The notes under the pieces: model-generated
The model's input: the letters and a program-made list of their open reading frames with translations, nothing else
Databases searched by the model: none
Told to the model about the DNA's origin: nothing
Made by a program: the position numbers and the translations under genes
Shown here: positions 37,842-50,745 of the stretch, piece by piece
Numbering within the stretch: the stretch's first letter is position 1
Layout of the letters: every line of letters begins with the position of its first letter
NCBI GenBank assembly: GCA_030390025.1
Contig: CM059431.1
Location: 99,140,001-99,204,000, forward strand
DNA: 64,000 bases
Direction of reading: 5' to 3'
Source: Squalus acanthias
Taxonomy: Eukaryota

Positions 37842-38997
37842 CAAGTGTTGGTTAAAGATCCCACGGCACGGTTAAAAAAAGAGCAGGAAGATCCACCGGG
37901 CCAACATTCCTCCCTTAAACAATGCCACCAAAAACAAAAGTTTATCTGGCTATTCCTTCATTCACTGTTTGTGGGATCTTGCTGTGTATAAAATGGCTGC
38001 TACATTTGTCTGCATAACAGTGACTACAGGTCTCGGAATGGGTCCTGAAACCACAGTCCTGCTGGCTGACAGTGGACTTACATTAGTTGTAAAATACTTT
38101 GGGATGTCCTGAGGATGTGACAAGATGCTTTACAAGTGCAAATTCTTTCTTCATTGAAACATATAAGATTCTGAGGGGGCTTGACAGAGTAGATGCAGAG
38201 AGGATGTTTCCCCTCATGGGGGAATCTAGAACTAGGGGGCATAGTTTCAGAATAAGGGGTCGCCCATTTAAGACGGAGATGAGGAAGAATTTCTTCTCTG
38301 AGGGTCATGAATCTTTGGAATTTTCTACCCCGGAGAGCTGTGGAGGCTGGGTCATTGAATATATTCAAGACTGAGATAGACAGATTTTTGAGCTACAGGG
38401 TTATGGGGATCGGGCGGGAAAGTGGCGTTGAGGCCAAGATCAGATCAGCCATGATCTTATGGAATGGCAGGGCAGGCTCGAGGGGCCGAATGGCCGACTC
38501 CTGCTCCTATTTCTTATGTTCTTATGTTCATAGAAGAGTGACATAGAAGTGACACACAACTGCCCTAGCCCATCCCTAGACAGCACCAGACTACAGGAAA
38601 TAGATACTCCACCAATAACAGGGGACGGATACAGGAATGATGGGATTCCCTCCTCAGAGAATCCTGTTACTGCAATAATTGCAGAGACCTTGATCTCATT
38701 GACCTGAGCTGGATGTAAATTCGAATCAACTAGTCACCAAGTATTTGAACTCTTCAGGGGGTAACCTTACCCTAACTCTCCGGGCGGGAATCCCATGGGA
38801 TCGAGTGGAACGCCGTTTTAGACCCCGCCCAATATCAACTTCAATGAAGAGTCAAATCGGGCGGAGAGTAAAACCAGCGATCCCGTCAGTTTCCCGATGG
38901 GCGGGTTGGGTTAAAATTCGGCCAAAGTGATACGATGGAAAGTGCCATCTATATCCCATTTACACCCACAGGGACCTCCCTGTCTATTGTGTACAGA

Positions 38998-40518
38998 GGG
39001 GTAGAGTTTCTGCTTCGGGCGCAATCGACAATCCGGGCGCAAATTGCGCTAGTTTCCCAAATGTTTTTTTTTTGCTCAAGTTTCTGCTCAAATGTATTTG
39101 CATAATCGCAAACTGAACCAGCGCAATCTTTAGAACGTTTTAGAACATTATCGTTTATTTTGCATTAACAATATTCCTTGATATATTTCAGCGTGGTAAC
39201 CTGGTGCAGTTTTATTAACACCGCTGAAAATGGGTTTATCACCAAAAATAAACATTATTAATCAGAGTGTCCAGTAACCCTATTTTAAATACCTGAAAAT
39301 GAATTTTAAAAACTTTACAGAGCCAGTTACTAGTTACATTGGTGTGCAGTAGTCAGTTTCTTAGTAAATTAAATATTTTGTAAGAATTAAAAGCATTTAA
39401 AAGGTGCCTATTAGTGCCCGTGTGCCTAAAAAAAAGCTAAATTTTAAGAGCGTCCACGAAGGCTCGCAAACGAGCACAATTAGCGGAAACTCGCCGCGGT
39501 GATTAATTCGATCTGGGGGCGGGGCCAGTTTTGTGGGCGGGGCCGGCTTCCACCGCAATGTTTATTAAACCAGCGCAAAATGGGCTGATAAGTGGCCGGA
39601 AACATTCGCGCCACACAAGTGCCAGGCAATGACTATCTCCAACAAGCGAGAGTCTAACCACCTCCCCTTGACATTCAACGGCATTACCATCGCCGAATCC
39701 CCCAGCATCAACATCCTGGGGGGTCACCATTGACCAGAAACTTAACTGGACCAGCCACATAAATACTGTGGCAACAAGATCAGGTCAGAGGCTGGGTATT
39801 CTGTGGCGAGTGTCTCACCTCCTGACTCCCCAAAGCCTTTCAACCATCTACAAGGCACAAGTCAGGAGTGTGATGGAATACTCTCCACTTGCCTGGATGA
39901 GTGCAGATCTAACAACACTCAAGAAGCTCGACACCATCCAGGACAAAGCAGCCCGCTTAATTGGCACCCCATCCACCACCTTAAACATTCACTCCCTCCA
40001 CCACCGGCGTACCGTGGCTGCAGTGTGTACCATCTACAAGATGCACTGCAGCAACTCGCCAAGGCTTCTTCAGCAGCACCTCCCAAACCCGCGACCTCTT
40101 CCACCTAGAAGGACGAGGGCAGCAGGCGCATGGGAACACCACCACCTCCAAGTTCCCCTCCAAGTCACACACCATCCTGACTTGGAAATATATCGGCCGA
40201 TCCTTCATCGTCGCTGGGTCAAAATCCTGGAACTCCCTCCCTAACAGCACTGTGGGAGTACCTTCACCACACGGACTGCAGCGGTTCAAGAAGGCGGCTC
40301 ACCACCACCTTCTCAAGGGCAATTAGGGATGGGCAATAAATGCTGGCCTTGCCAGCGACGCCCACATCCCATGAACGAATAAAAAAAAAATCGCAGAAAC
40401 TCGATTAATGCTGGGCGTAACTTGCGCTTAAAATTACGTGATCTTATGCGCTGGTTTGGCTGATTTTGAGAGCATTGGGCAGGGAAAACCAGCGCATAGC
40501 CGGCGGAAACTCCACCCC
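38998..40518. mobile_element. MITE with a nested LINE 3' fragment (about 39582-40390), just upstream of the first PDZK1 coding exon
   Basis: TIRs GGGGTAGAGTTTC / GAAACTCCACCCC (TSD not matching); nested ORF YKAQVRSVMEYSPLAWM with poly-A tail. Confidence 0.65.
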
Positions 40519-40618
40519 ATTGATTCTAATGGACGCATCTGTACATCAGAAACCAACCAATTCTAATGTGACCGGTGATTGTCACAGGTTTTATCCTTTT
40601 AGGTCATTCAAACGGCAA

Positions 40619-40831
40619 ATGATGGCCGCTCCAATTGAGCCTCGAGTTTGCAAACTATCCAAGAAGAAAGACGAGAACTTTGGTTTCTACTTGAGGATAG
40701 AGAAAGATACAGAAGGGCACCTGATCCGATGTGTGCTGAAGGGAGGTGTAGCTGACCAGGTTGGTCTGATAGACGGCGATCGAATCCTCAGAGTCAACAC
40801 AGTGTTTGTGGACAGCGAGGAGCACAAAGAG
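40619..40831 (+). CDS. PDZK1: PDZK1/NHERF3 coding exon 1 (start of PDZ1)
   Basis: Acceptor ttttag ends at 40602, ATG at 40619, donor gtaagg at 40832. [37 protein letters not shown]...GDRILRVN closely resembles the vertebrate PDZK1 N-terminus as recalled ([22 protein letters not shown]). Confidence 0.95.
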
Positions 40832-41144
40832 GTAAGGGCCGCACAAGCTAGAGTCTGACAACTGATCCCATAATAGTTCCTCCACCCCCCTCTACTGCAA
40901 CGGTGGTTATGGAAACCCTTTTTGGATTTCGTTGGGATCCCCACAATCAACGTTGCCTCTAATTTGTGGTCTAAATGCGCGATCCCTTTAAATTCGCTGC
41001 GTGGGACCTCCCGATTGGTGGGCCGCCACACGGCCACGCCCCTTAGGGGGTAATATTGCCCACAATAAGCCAGGGATAGGCACATTCTTTACTAGCCCCG
41101 AGAATGGAGGCGGACTTGTCTCCACAAAGTATTTATATGACTTT

Positions 41145-43510
41145 ATAAAAAGAGGCACAGAGTCCAAAAGCAAGGAAGTTATGCTAAACCTTTATAAATC
41201 ACTGGTTAGGCCCCAGCTGGAGTATTGTGTCCAATTCTGGGCACCGCACTTTAGGAAGGATGTCAAGGCTTTGGAGAGGGTGCAGAGGAGTTTTACCAGA
41301 ACGGTACCAGGGATGAGGGACTTCAGTTATGTGGAGAGACTGGAGAAGCTGGGGTCGTTCTCCTTAGAGCAGAGAAGGTTAGAACAGAGAAGCAGAGAAC
41401 ACAAAGGGGGGAAAATTTTGGTTGCTTTGCGCCTCCTGTTAGTGCCCTAAGAGGGCGCTAATGGGGCACAAAGCATCTAGCGTCCGGGCGCGGCGATGTT
41501 TGCAGCGCTCGCGAAATTGACCAAATATTTTGCGGCGGCACTAAACACTACCGCCACGATCTCCTGCGCCCGCAGATCGTGACGTCAGTCGAGTGCGCAA
41601 CGCCCCGGTAGCGGCCCGGACCAGATATTGAGTGGCGCCCCCTGCCTTACCGCCTGCCGCTAGCAATGACAGGTAGAGGGGAGCGTTTTGCAGTCGGCAA
41701 AGGACTGGGGAAGTGCTATTTAAAGGCGACTGCTTCCTGCGACATTTTTGAACCACGCATTCTGAGAGAGAGAGACTTCTGGAGAGATTCAATGCTGTGT
41801 GAAGGAGTTTTGGGTACTGAGCAGCACTTTGCAGGTTCATTTTGATTTGACCTTCCTTGCATCAATTTAGAAGAGACTGTGGGGGCTGCACTCTGAGCTC
41901 TTTCCCTGGGCCTCTCCATTGTTCTTTCCAGCAGATTTGATGTACAGGCCTCTCCAGGCCGAGATTCAAGGCTGCAATGAGCAAGGTGTGGATGGAGAGC
42001 AAGATCGACCCTCCCCTTTAAGAATTGGCCGGCGCCATTGTGTCTCTGTTCCATTGCTGACTGACATCACATGAGCTTCGCCAGCGTTCTGAGGTAGCGC
42101 CTCGCTCCTCGGCATTAGCGCCTTAAGAGAGGTGTGTAGCGCCTGATTTAGTGCTCCAAACACCTCCAGGGGCGATAGAAGCCAAGTTTGCAGTCGGAGG
42201 TGATAATTAGCGTCAGGCGCTAAACTTTGCGCCCAGCCGATAATTGCGCCCCAAACGGGGCGATACCAAATTTCTCCCCCAAAGAGTCTGCAAAGGGATA
42301 TAGATAGACTAAGTGAGTGGGCAGTAAGGTGGCAGATGGAGTATAATGTAGGGAAATGTGAGGTTATTCACTTTGGTAGGAAGAATAGAAAAACAGAATA
42401 TTTTTTAAATGGTGAGAAACTTTCAAATGTTGGTGTTCAGAGTGATTTGGGTGTCCTCGTGCAAGAAACCCAGAAAGCTAGCATGCAGGTACAGCAAGCA
42501 ATAAGGAAGGCAAATGGCATGTTGGCCTTTATTGCAAGGGGTTGGAGTATAAGAGTAAGGAAGTCTCGCTACAATTGTACAAGGCCTTGGTGAGACCACA
42601 CCTGGAGTACTGTGCACAGTTTTGGTCTCCTTATCGAAGGAAGGATTTACTTGCCTTGGAGGCGGTGCAACAAAGGTTCACTAGATTGATTCCTGGGATG
42701 AGAGGGCTGTCCTATGATGAGAGATTGTGTAGAATGGGCCTATACTCTCTGGAGTTTAGAAGAATGAGAGGTGATCTCATTGAAACATACAAGATTCTGA
42801 AGGGGATTGACAGGATAGATGCTGAGAGGTTGTTTCCCCTGGCTGGAGTGTCTAGAACTAGGGAGCATAGTCTCAGGATAAGGGGTCGGTCATTTAAGAC
42901 TGAGATGAGGAGGAATTTCTTCACTCAGAGGGTTGTGAATCTTTGGAATTCTCTACCCCAGAGGGCTGTGAATGCTGAGTCATTGAGCATATTCAAGGCT
43001 GAGCTAGATAGATTTTTGGACTCATGGGGAATCAAGGGATATGGAGATCGGGTGGGATAGTGGAGTTGAGGTCGATGATCAGCCGTGATCTTATTGAATG
43101 GCGGAGCTGGCTCAAGGAGCCGTATGGCCGACTCCTGCTCCTATTCCTTGTGTTCTTATGTTAGGGGAGATTTAATAGAGGCGTTCAAAATTATGAAAGG
43201 TTTTGATAGAGTAAGTAAAGAGAAACTGTTTCCAGTGGCAGGAGGGTCGGTAACCAGAGGACACAGATTTAAGATAATTGGCAAAAGAACCAGAGGGGAG
43301 ATGAGGAGAATTTTTTTATGCAGCGAATTGTTATGATCTGGAATGCGCTGCCTGAAAGGGCGGTGGAAGCAGATTCAATAGTAACTTTCAAAAGAGAATT
43401 GGTTAAATACTTGAAAAGGAAAAATTTGCAGTGCTCTGGAGAAAGAGCAGGGGGGAGTGGGACTAATTGGAGAGCTCTTTCAAAGAGCCGGCACAGGCAC
43501 GATGGGCCAA
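41145..43510 (+). mobile_element. Nested CR1 fragments in a PDZK1 intron
   Basis: RPQLEYCVQFWAPHFRKD; RPHLEYCAQFWSPY; RRNFFTQRVVNLWNSLP. Confidence 0.85.
41406..42280 (-). mobile_element. Non-autonomous Harbinger derivative (type A), uninterrupted copy in a PDZK1 intron
   Basis: TIRs, TSD AAA. The reverse complement matches 18518-18666 plus 20354-21095. Splits CR1 sequence gagaacacaaa|gagtctgcaaaggg. Confidence 0.9.
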
Positions 43511-43619
43511 TAGACTTCAGTGGAAAAGTAAACCATGCAGGGTATAAAGCCAGCAGCTGATTCGCTATTGCCTGCCAATGACCAATTTCCACCTTCCATA
43601 CTCTCTTTCTCTGTTTCAG

Positions 43620-43851
43620 GTAGTAGAACTGATTAAGAAGTATGGGAATTCGGTAACCCTTCTGGTATTGGATGGTGCCTCTTACATACACGCTAAGAAG
43701 CAAGGCATTAATCTATCTGAACTGAGCAGTCCCAATCCCACCCCGATCCAGCCTGTGATGAACGGAGTCAGTGGAAAAACACCACAGCCAAAATTGTGCT
43801 ACCTGGTGAAACAAGCAGAAGGCTTTGGATTTTCACTGAAGAGCATCCAAG
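43620..43851 (+). CDS. PDZK1: PDZK1 coding exon 2 (end of PDZ1, start of PDZ2)
   Basis: Acceptor ctgtttcag, donor gtaagg. [19 protein letters not shown]...[23 protein letters not shown]; 232 nt, phase 0 to 1. Confidence 0.95.
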
Positions 43852-43899
43852 GTAAGGCTTTAAAATAATTTGGTGTCTACTCATTGATCTAATGCATTT

Positions 43900-44530
43900 A
43901 GGAAGGCAAATGGTATGTTAGCCCTTATTGCAAGGGGGTTGGAGTACAAGAGTAAGGAAGTCTTGCTGCAATTATATAGGGGCTTTAGTATTGTGCACAG
44001 TTTTGGTCTCCTTACCTAAGGAAGGATATACTTGCCTTAGAGGCGGTGCAACGAAGGTTCACTAGATTGATCCCTGGGATGAGAGGGCTGGCCTATGAGG
44101 AGAGATTGTGTAGATTGGGCTGATACTCTCTGGAGTTTAAGAATGAGAGGTGATCTCATTGAAACATATAAGATTCTGAGGGGGATTGTCAGGGTAGATG
44201 CCTGAGAAATTGTTTCCCCTGGCTGGAGAGTCTAGAACTAGGGGGCATAGTTTCAGGATAAGGGGTCGGCCATTTAAGACTGAGATGAGGAGGAATTTCT
44301 TCACTCAGAGGGTTGTGAATCTTTGGAATTCTCTACCCCAGAGGGCTGTGGATGCTGAGTCGTTGAGTATATTCAAGACAGAGATCGATAGATTTTTGGA
44401 CTCTAGGGGAATCAAGGGATATGGGCATCGGGTGGGGAAAGTGGAATTGAGGTCGAAGATCGGCCATCATCTTATTGAATGGCGGAGCAGGCTCGAGGGG
44501 CTGAATGGCCGACTCCTGCTCCTAATTCTT
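43900..44530 (+). mobile_element. CR1 3' fragment
   Basis: RRNFFTQRVVNLWNSLPQRAV and typical tail. Confidence 0.85.
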
Positions 44531-44904
44531 ATGTCCTTATGTTCTTCTCATGGTTAAAAGTCTAGATATAAACTGGATGCTGGTTATCAGCCATCCCACA
44601 GCACACATGTAATTGAGGAAGTTTAGATTGAGGAAGTATGCAACATTTCTACCACAATAAGTAAGCTCGTTATGTTGAATAAACTTTTCCCTTCTTCAAT
44701 CCCCGTAATGCCTACAGTTCATAAAGCTATCTGAAAAGGTGTGCTGGAAAAGTCTTCACTAATTAGAATATTTATTATACTCAATCAGAATAACTGTATC
44801 AAGAAACGGAGTTGATTTTTATTGATTTGCTAAATGCCTTGATTAAAGGTTTTAAGAGACTTGCAGTGTTTACTACCTGAGGACTGAAGTTAAGTTTAAA
44901 AAAA

Positions 44905-45447
44905 TATATTTATTCATTTATGGGATGTGGGCGTCGCTGGCAAGGCTGGCATTTATTGCCCATCCCCCCAACTGCCCTGGAGAAGGTGGTGGTGAGCCGT
45001 CTTCTTGAACCGCTGCAGTCCGTGTGGTGAAGGTGCTCCCACAGTGCTGTTAGGGAGGGAGTTCCAGGACTTTGACCCAGCGACGATGAAGGAATGGCCG
45101 ATATATTTTCAAGTCGGGGTGGTGTGTGACTTGGAGGGCATCTTGGAGGTGATGGTGTTCCCATGCGCCTGCTGCCCTTGTCCTTCTAGGCGGTAGAGGT
45201 CGCGGATTTGGGAGGTGCTGCCGAAGAAGCCTTGGCGAGTTGCTGCAGTGCATCTTGTAGATGGTGTACACTGCATCCACGGTGCACCGGTGGTGGAGGG
45301 AGTGAATGTTTAAGGTGGTGGATGGGGTGCCAATCAAGCGGGCTGCTTTGTCCTGGATGGTGTCGAGCTTCTTGAGTGTTGTTGGATCTGCACTCATCCA
45401 GGCAAGTGGAGAGTATTCCATCACACTCCTTACTTGTGCCTTGTAGG
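44905..45447 (-). mobile_element. Antisense CR1-group LINE 3' fragment
   Basis: YKAQVRSVMEYSPLAWMSA; same family as 39582-40390 and 52430-52840. Confidence 0.8.
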
Positions 45448-46044
45448 AGGTGGAAGGTTCAGACCCCACCTTATAACGGGAGTGTTTGTGCGAACGTGAT
45501 TTGCCCGCGATGGGCAGTATAACGGGTTAGCACTATGATAGCAATCAACAGGAATGTTGTGGATCACCATTAAATAAATTAAACAAGACTGCAAGCAATG
45601 CAACTCACTTCATTTAAAATACAGTCTGTGCCTGGTACAGACTGCAACCCCACACCACTTAGAAGGGTTTAAGTACGCAAAAGGTAATTGGACCTCAACA
45701 AGATGCGAACGGTGCGTGAACACAGCTGTTTCAGCCTGAAATAAACGGACGCTGTAACCGGACTTTGAAATTGACGTGAACGCAAATGCTTATTGGGTTA
45801 TTGCATTTTTGGCCGATATAAACGGCTGCTCGATTTAAAGGTGAACATTTCAAGTGGTGGGGACTGTATTATTTTACAGGATTAATTTTTTTTAAATGTA
45901 CGGGAGTGCATGTTGGGAGATGAGGATTATGCGGGGAGCGAACTTACGATTTCCCACCATGCAATCTCGAGGAGTGAGAATCTGTCCCATTCACCCCGGG
46001 TATCTTCTAGTATTAGCGCTTCACTCAAACCTTCCCTTTTTCAG

Positions 46045-46181
46045 GAGTTACTGGTCTGTTCATGACCGAGCTCTCTCCTTCTGGTGCTGCCTCCAATGCT
46101 GGCGTTCAACCCAACGACCGAATGGTGGAACTGAACGGAGAAAATGTTGAAAACTTTACTCATGATCAAATGGTGACTAAG
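46045..46181 (+). CDS. PDZK1: PDZK1 coding exon 3 (PDZ2)
   Basis: Acceptor ccctttttcag, donor gtactt. (G)VTGLFMTELSPSGAASNAGVQPNDRMVELNGENVENFTHDQMVTK; 137 nt, phase 1 to 0. This frame is not in the ORF track and was read manually. Confidence 0.93.
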
Positions 46182-46648
46182 GTACTTGCTGCAACATCTT
46201 GACCCATTCTCTGAGTGTCTAATGAAACTCCTCTACAACAACAACCACTTGTATTTACATAGCGCCTTTAACGTAGTAAAACGTCCCAAGGCGCTTCACG
46301 GGAGCGATAAAAGACAAAAAATTTGACACCAGGCCACATAGGGAGATATTGGGGCAGGTGACCAAAAGCTTGGTCAGAGAGGTCGGTTTTAAGGAGTGTG
46401 TCAAATTTAATCTGAAAACGCTCCTGTGAAGCACCTTGGGATGTTTTACTACGTTAAAGGCGCTATATAAATACAAGTTGGTGTTGTTGGGACAGTAAAG
46501 GATTAGCGGTGCTCCTCTGAAGTTGATGCTAAGGCACATTGTGGGGTAGGAAGAAGCTTTAGGCTGTGGCCATGTGGCACCTGATCATATTTGTACCAAC
46601 ATTGTTTTGCCAAAGCTGGTTATTCCATTCCCAGCACAGAGACTATTA

Positions 46649-47332
46649 GGGCTGGATTTTCATTGACCCGTGGAGGCGGGTTTAGAGGCGTGTGGGGGAC
46701 ACAAGTCCGCCTCCATCCCGCCTCCACGCAATTTTCATTAAATCGTGTCTGCTGGTCCCGACTCCGTCCCGCCTTTAAGAGGCGGGATAGGCTGTCAAGG
46801 CCCTTAACAAGCACTAAATTGGCTGTATAATGCCATTTTGAAAGGCCTTTGTGATTTTAACCCTTGATCTACGTGAAGCACGCCTGTTCTGAACCATGAT
46901 TGTGAAAGCTGACTATCAGCTGCAGGTCCACTATTACAACGGAGATGTGATGAAGGTAGTAGTAGTATTAGGTCTGAAAGGAGGCTGCTGCATTGAAGGT
47001 CTTCAGAGACTGCCTGGCCTTTGCTGTGAGAGGACCTGGATGCAAAACACTCTCTCTCTCTCTCCTTAGAGCTGCTGCTCATTTTGCATTCAGGTCCTCT
47101 CACAACAAAGGCCAGGCAGTCTCTGACCTGCAAGGCAGCAGCAATGATGACATCATCAGAGGCAACTTTCAGACTGAAACCACTAATTGGTTCATGGGTT
47201 CCCACATGCTGGAACTCAATTGCCCAATTAGGTGAAAATTGCATCAATCTCCCACATCCAATTGCAGTCGGGTGGATAACACGAAATGCAGATGACACGA
47301 CCCCAACCCGCCCCAGTATCAAAATCCAGCCC
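46649..47332. mobile_element. MITE (Harbinger-type TIR) containing an internal hairpin
   Basis: Perfect TIR GGGCTGGATTTT / AAAATCCAGCCC; flanks TTA / ATA. Confidence 0.7.
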
Positions 47333-48869
47333 ATATCTGAGGGGTGATTTTCCAAGGTGGTGGGCCCAGCTCAAATGTCAGATCATGGAATCATCGCAGT
47401 GATTTTCAAGGAGACATTTGTTGTGTAATAAAAAGATAACACCTGGTACCAATATTCCATCAAATATGTATAGTTTGCCTCTTTATAGAATCATACAGCA
47501 CAGAAGGAGGCCATTTGGCCCATTGTGCCAGTGCTGGCTCTTTGAAAGAGCTTCTTACAGGGCTTGACAGGGTAGATGCTGAGAGGTTGTTTCCCCTGGC
47601 TGGGGAGTCTAGAACCAGGGGTTACAGTCTCAGAATAAGGGGTCGGCCATTCAGGACTGAGATGAGGAGAAATTTCTTCACTCAGAGGGTGGTGAATCTT
47701 TGGAATTCTCTACCCCAGAGGGCTGTGGAGGCTCAGTCGTTGAGTATATTCAAGTCAGAGATCGATAGATTTTTGGATACTAAGGGAATCAAGGGATATG
47801 GGGATAGTGCAGGAAAGTGGAGTTGAGGCAGAAGATCAGCCATGATCTTATTGAATGGCGGAGCAGGCTCGAGGGGTCGAATGGCCGACTCCTGCTCCTA
47901 TTTCTTATGTTCTTATGTCCAATTAGTCCCACTCCTCCTGCTCTTTCCCCAGAGCCCTGCAAATTTTTCTTCTTCAAGTAATTATCCAATTCCCTTTTGA
48001 AAATTACTATTGATGCAGGGCATTCCAGATCGTAACAACTCGCTGCGTAAATAATTGTATTTTCATCTCCCCCCTGGTTCTTTAACTATATTTAAATTAC
48101 TTATTTTCTCTCCCTGCCAATGCGATCATACCGATAGGACTGCAGGTGTGAGTCCTATCAGACTGACCTCACGTGGAGGGGTGTATCGATGGTACAGTAG
48201 GGTCCCTGACCCGGAGAGAAGGTGGAGAGAGATGGCTCTGGCTACTTTATAAAAAATGGTCATAAAACACTGACACAAAATGTAGGCAGCTCCTGATTTT
48301 AGCACCGCTTTTTACCGAAAGGGTAAGGTTTCTCTGAGAGCTGCATGTAGCGACGTCATAAACGTATTCACAGGGAACAGTTTGCAATCTCACTACAATT
48401 AGCACAGTGAGGAAGTCTTTCCCCTGGGTGGCTGAGCGCAGCCTGACACTGAGAATAATTGGAGAAAAGGTCCGTTCAGTTTATAGGAACTGTACTGCAA
48501 AAAGGCCATTTCTGATTCCTCTGGCCAGGGAGAAGAACCAATCTCCTTCCTTCCCTGAAAGTGCTGGCTCAGGGCCCTCATATCTCTCAGGACTGTGGCT
48601 AGGCCCTGGCTCTATTCTACTGTCCCATCTTTCGGTTCAGCTCTTAAGAAGACCCTGTTCAACTGCACGATGGATGCAAAAGATCTATAGCCGCTATATA
48701 AAGAAGAGTAGGGAGTTCTCCCAATGCCCTGGCCACCATTCCTTCCTTGGCCAACTTAATAAAACAGATTTACTATTGGATTTACCATTTGTGGAATCTT
48801 GCTGTGCATAAATTGGCTGCTAAATCTGATGACATAACACCAATGGTTACCTTTCAAAATTAATTCTTA

Positions 48870-49545
48870 AAGGTGGCCGGGCAAGGTGATCAGGTGGTTA
48901 ATAAAGTACACGGGTTACTTGGGTTTATAAATAGAGGAATAGAATATAAAAGCAAAGGGATCATGCTATAACTTTATAAATCACTGGTTAGGCCTCAGCT
49001 CGAGTATTGTGGACAATTCTGGGCACCACACTTCAGGAAAGATGTAAAGGCCTTAGAAAGGGTAGAGAGGAGGTTTACCAGGATGTTATCAGGGATGAGG
49101 GACTTCAGTTATGAGGAGACGTTGGAAAAGTTAGGACTCTTCTCTTTGGAACGGAGAAGGTTAAGAGCTGACCCAATAGAGGTTTTCAAGATGATGAGAG
49201 GTTTTGATCGAGTAGAGAGCGAAAAACTATTCCCTCTGGCGAGTGGGTCAATAACCAGAGGTCATAGATTCAAAATCAGTAGAAAAAGATCCAGAGGGAA
49301 GATGAGGAGAATTCTTTTCACTCCGAGAGTTGTGGGGATCTGGAACGCTCGACCTGAAAAGGTGGTGGAAGCTGATTCCATCAATAATTTTAAAAGGGAG
49401 TTGGACGGTTCTGGAGGAGGAACTGACAGGGTTACGGACAACAAGCGGGGATGTCGGACTGAGCACGACTGCTCTTTCAAAGAGCCAGCACAGGCACGAT
49501 GGGCCAAATGGCCTCCTCCTGTGCTGTCAGTTTCTCTGATTCGAT
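48870..49545 (+). mobile_element. CR1 3' fragment
   Basis: GMRDFSYEETLEKLGLFSLERRRLR... Confidence 0.8.
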
Positions 49546-49684
49546 AAATTCACGGGTTTGAGCACACCCCACAAAGGCAAGTTAGTTCTTTCTTAATATT
49601 GCTGCTGGATGAAGCCTGACTATCCGCTTTCGTGAAATAAGATTTCTGATATTATTTTTTTTTTAGCATGTTTTTTTTTTGCAG

Positions 49685-49880
49685 ATGAAAGCGTCAGGAA
49701 ACAACATTGTGCTCCTGCTGATTGACGAGGCCTCGGATAAACACTTCAAAAGCAAAACGACTAAGGTTGTGGCATCAATGGCAAGTGTGAAAGGACTGCC
49801 ACACACACCACGGATAGTGGAGTTAACCAAGGGATCTCAAGGCTATGGTTTCTACTTGAGAGCGGAACAAGGACGCCAGG
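49685..49880 (+). CDS. PDZK1: PDZK1 coding exon 4 (end of PDZ2, start of PDZ3)
   Basis: Acceptor poly-T gcag, donor gtattg. MKASGNNIVLLLIDEASDKHF...LPHTPRIVELTKGSQGYGFYLRAEQGRQG; 196 nt. Confidence 0.94.
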
Positions 49881-50144
49881 GTATTGTAACCCGCGGTGTT
49901 ATCTGTAAGGGCCTGATTTTCCGAGCGGGTGCTCCTGGTGCAGAGCCTCCCCCAGTGGGAGCGTGCATCAGGAAATCATGGGCGTGACCCTTGACCTTAA
50001 TGAACCCTGTCTTAAAGAAGGGAAAAAGTATCAACCAGGTCCCCTTCTTGATCCTGATTGGGTTAACGGGGTAATATTTGCACTCCCAGCGCAAACACTC
50101 TCCCACCTGGAGTGCGTATCGTAAAGTCGATTACATTATGTTAA

Positions 50145-50745
50145 TGATTAATGCTTTTGTTATCTCCACATCCGACTACTCCAACGCTCTCCAGGCCGGC
50201 CTCCCCCCTTCAAATCTCTGTAAACTTGAGCTCATCCAAAACTCGGCTGCCCGTGTCCTAACTCGTACCAAGTCCCGTTCACCCATCTCCCCTGTGCTCA
50301 CTGACCTACACTGGCTCCCGGTCCGGCAACGCCTCGATTTTAAAATTCGCATCCTCATGTTCAAATCCCTCCGTGGCCTCGCCCCCTCCCTATCTCTGTA
50401 ACCTCCTCCAGCTCCACAACCCTCCGAGATCTCTGCGCTCCTCCAATTCTGGCCTCTTGCCAATTTCCTTTACCCCGATTTTAATCGCTCCACCATTGGC
50501 GGCCGTGCCTTCAGCTGCCTGGGCCCTAAGCTCTGGAATTCCCTCCCTAAACCTCTCTGCCTCTCTCTCATCCTTTAAGATGCTCCTTAAAACCGACCTC
50601 TTTGACCAAGCTTTTGGCCACCTGTCCCTAATATCTCCTTATGTGGTTCGGTGTCAAATTTTGTTTGATTACATTCCTGTGAAGCGCCTTGGAACGTTTT
50701 ACTACGTTAAAGGTGCTATATAAATACAAGTTGTTGTTGTTGTTA
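50145..50745 (+). mobile_element. L2 LINE 3' fragment
   Basis: INAFVISTSDYSNAL...LELIQNSAARVLT...LHWLPVRQRLDFKI with (ttg)n tail. Similar fragments at about 21160-21450, 30220-30540, 31335-31830, 33995-34385, 59390-60000 and 60650-60885. Confidence 0.82.
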
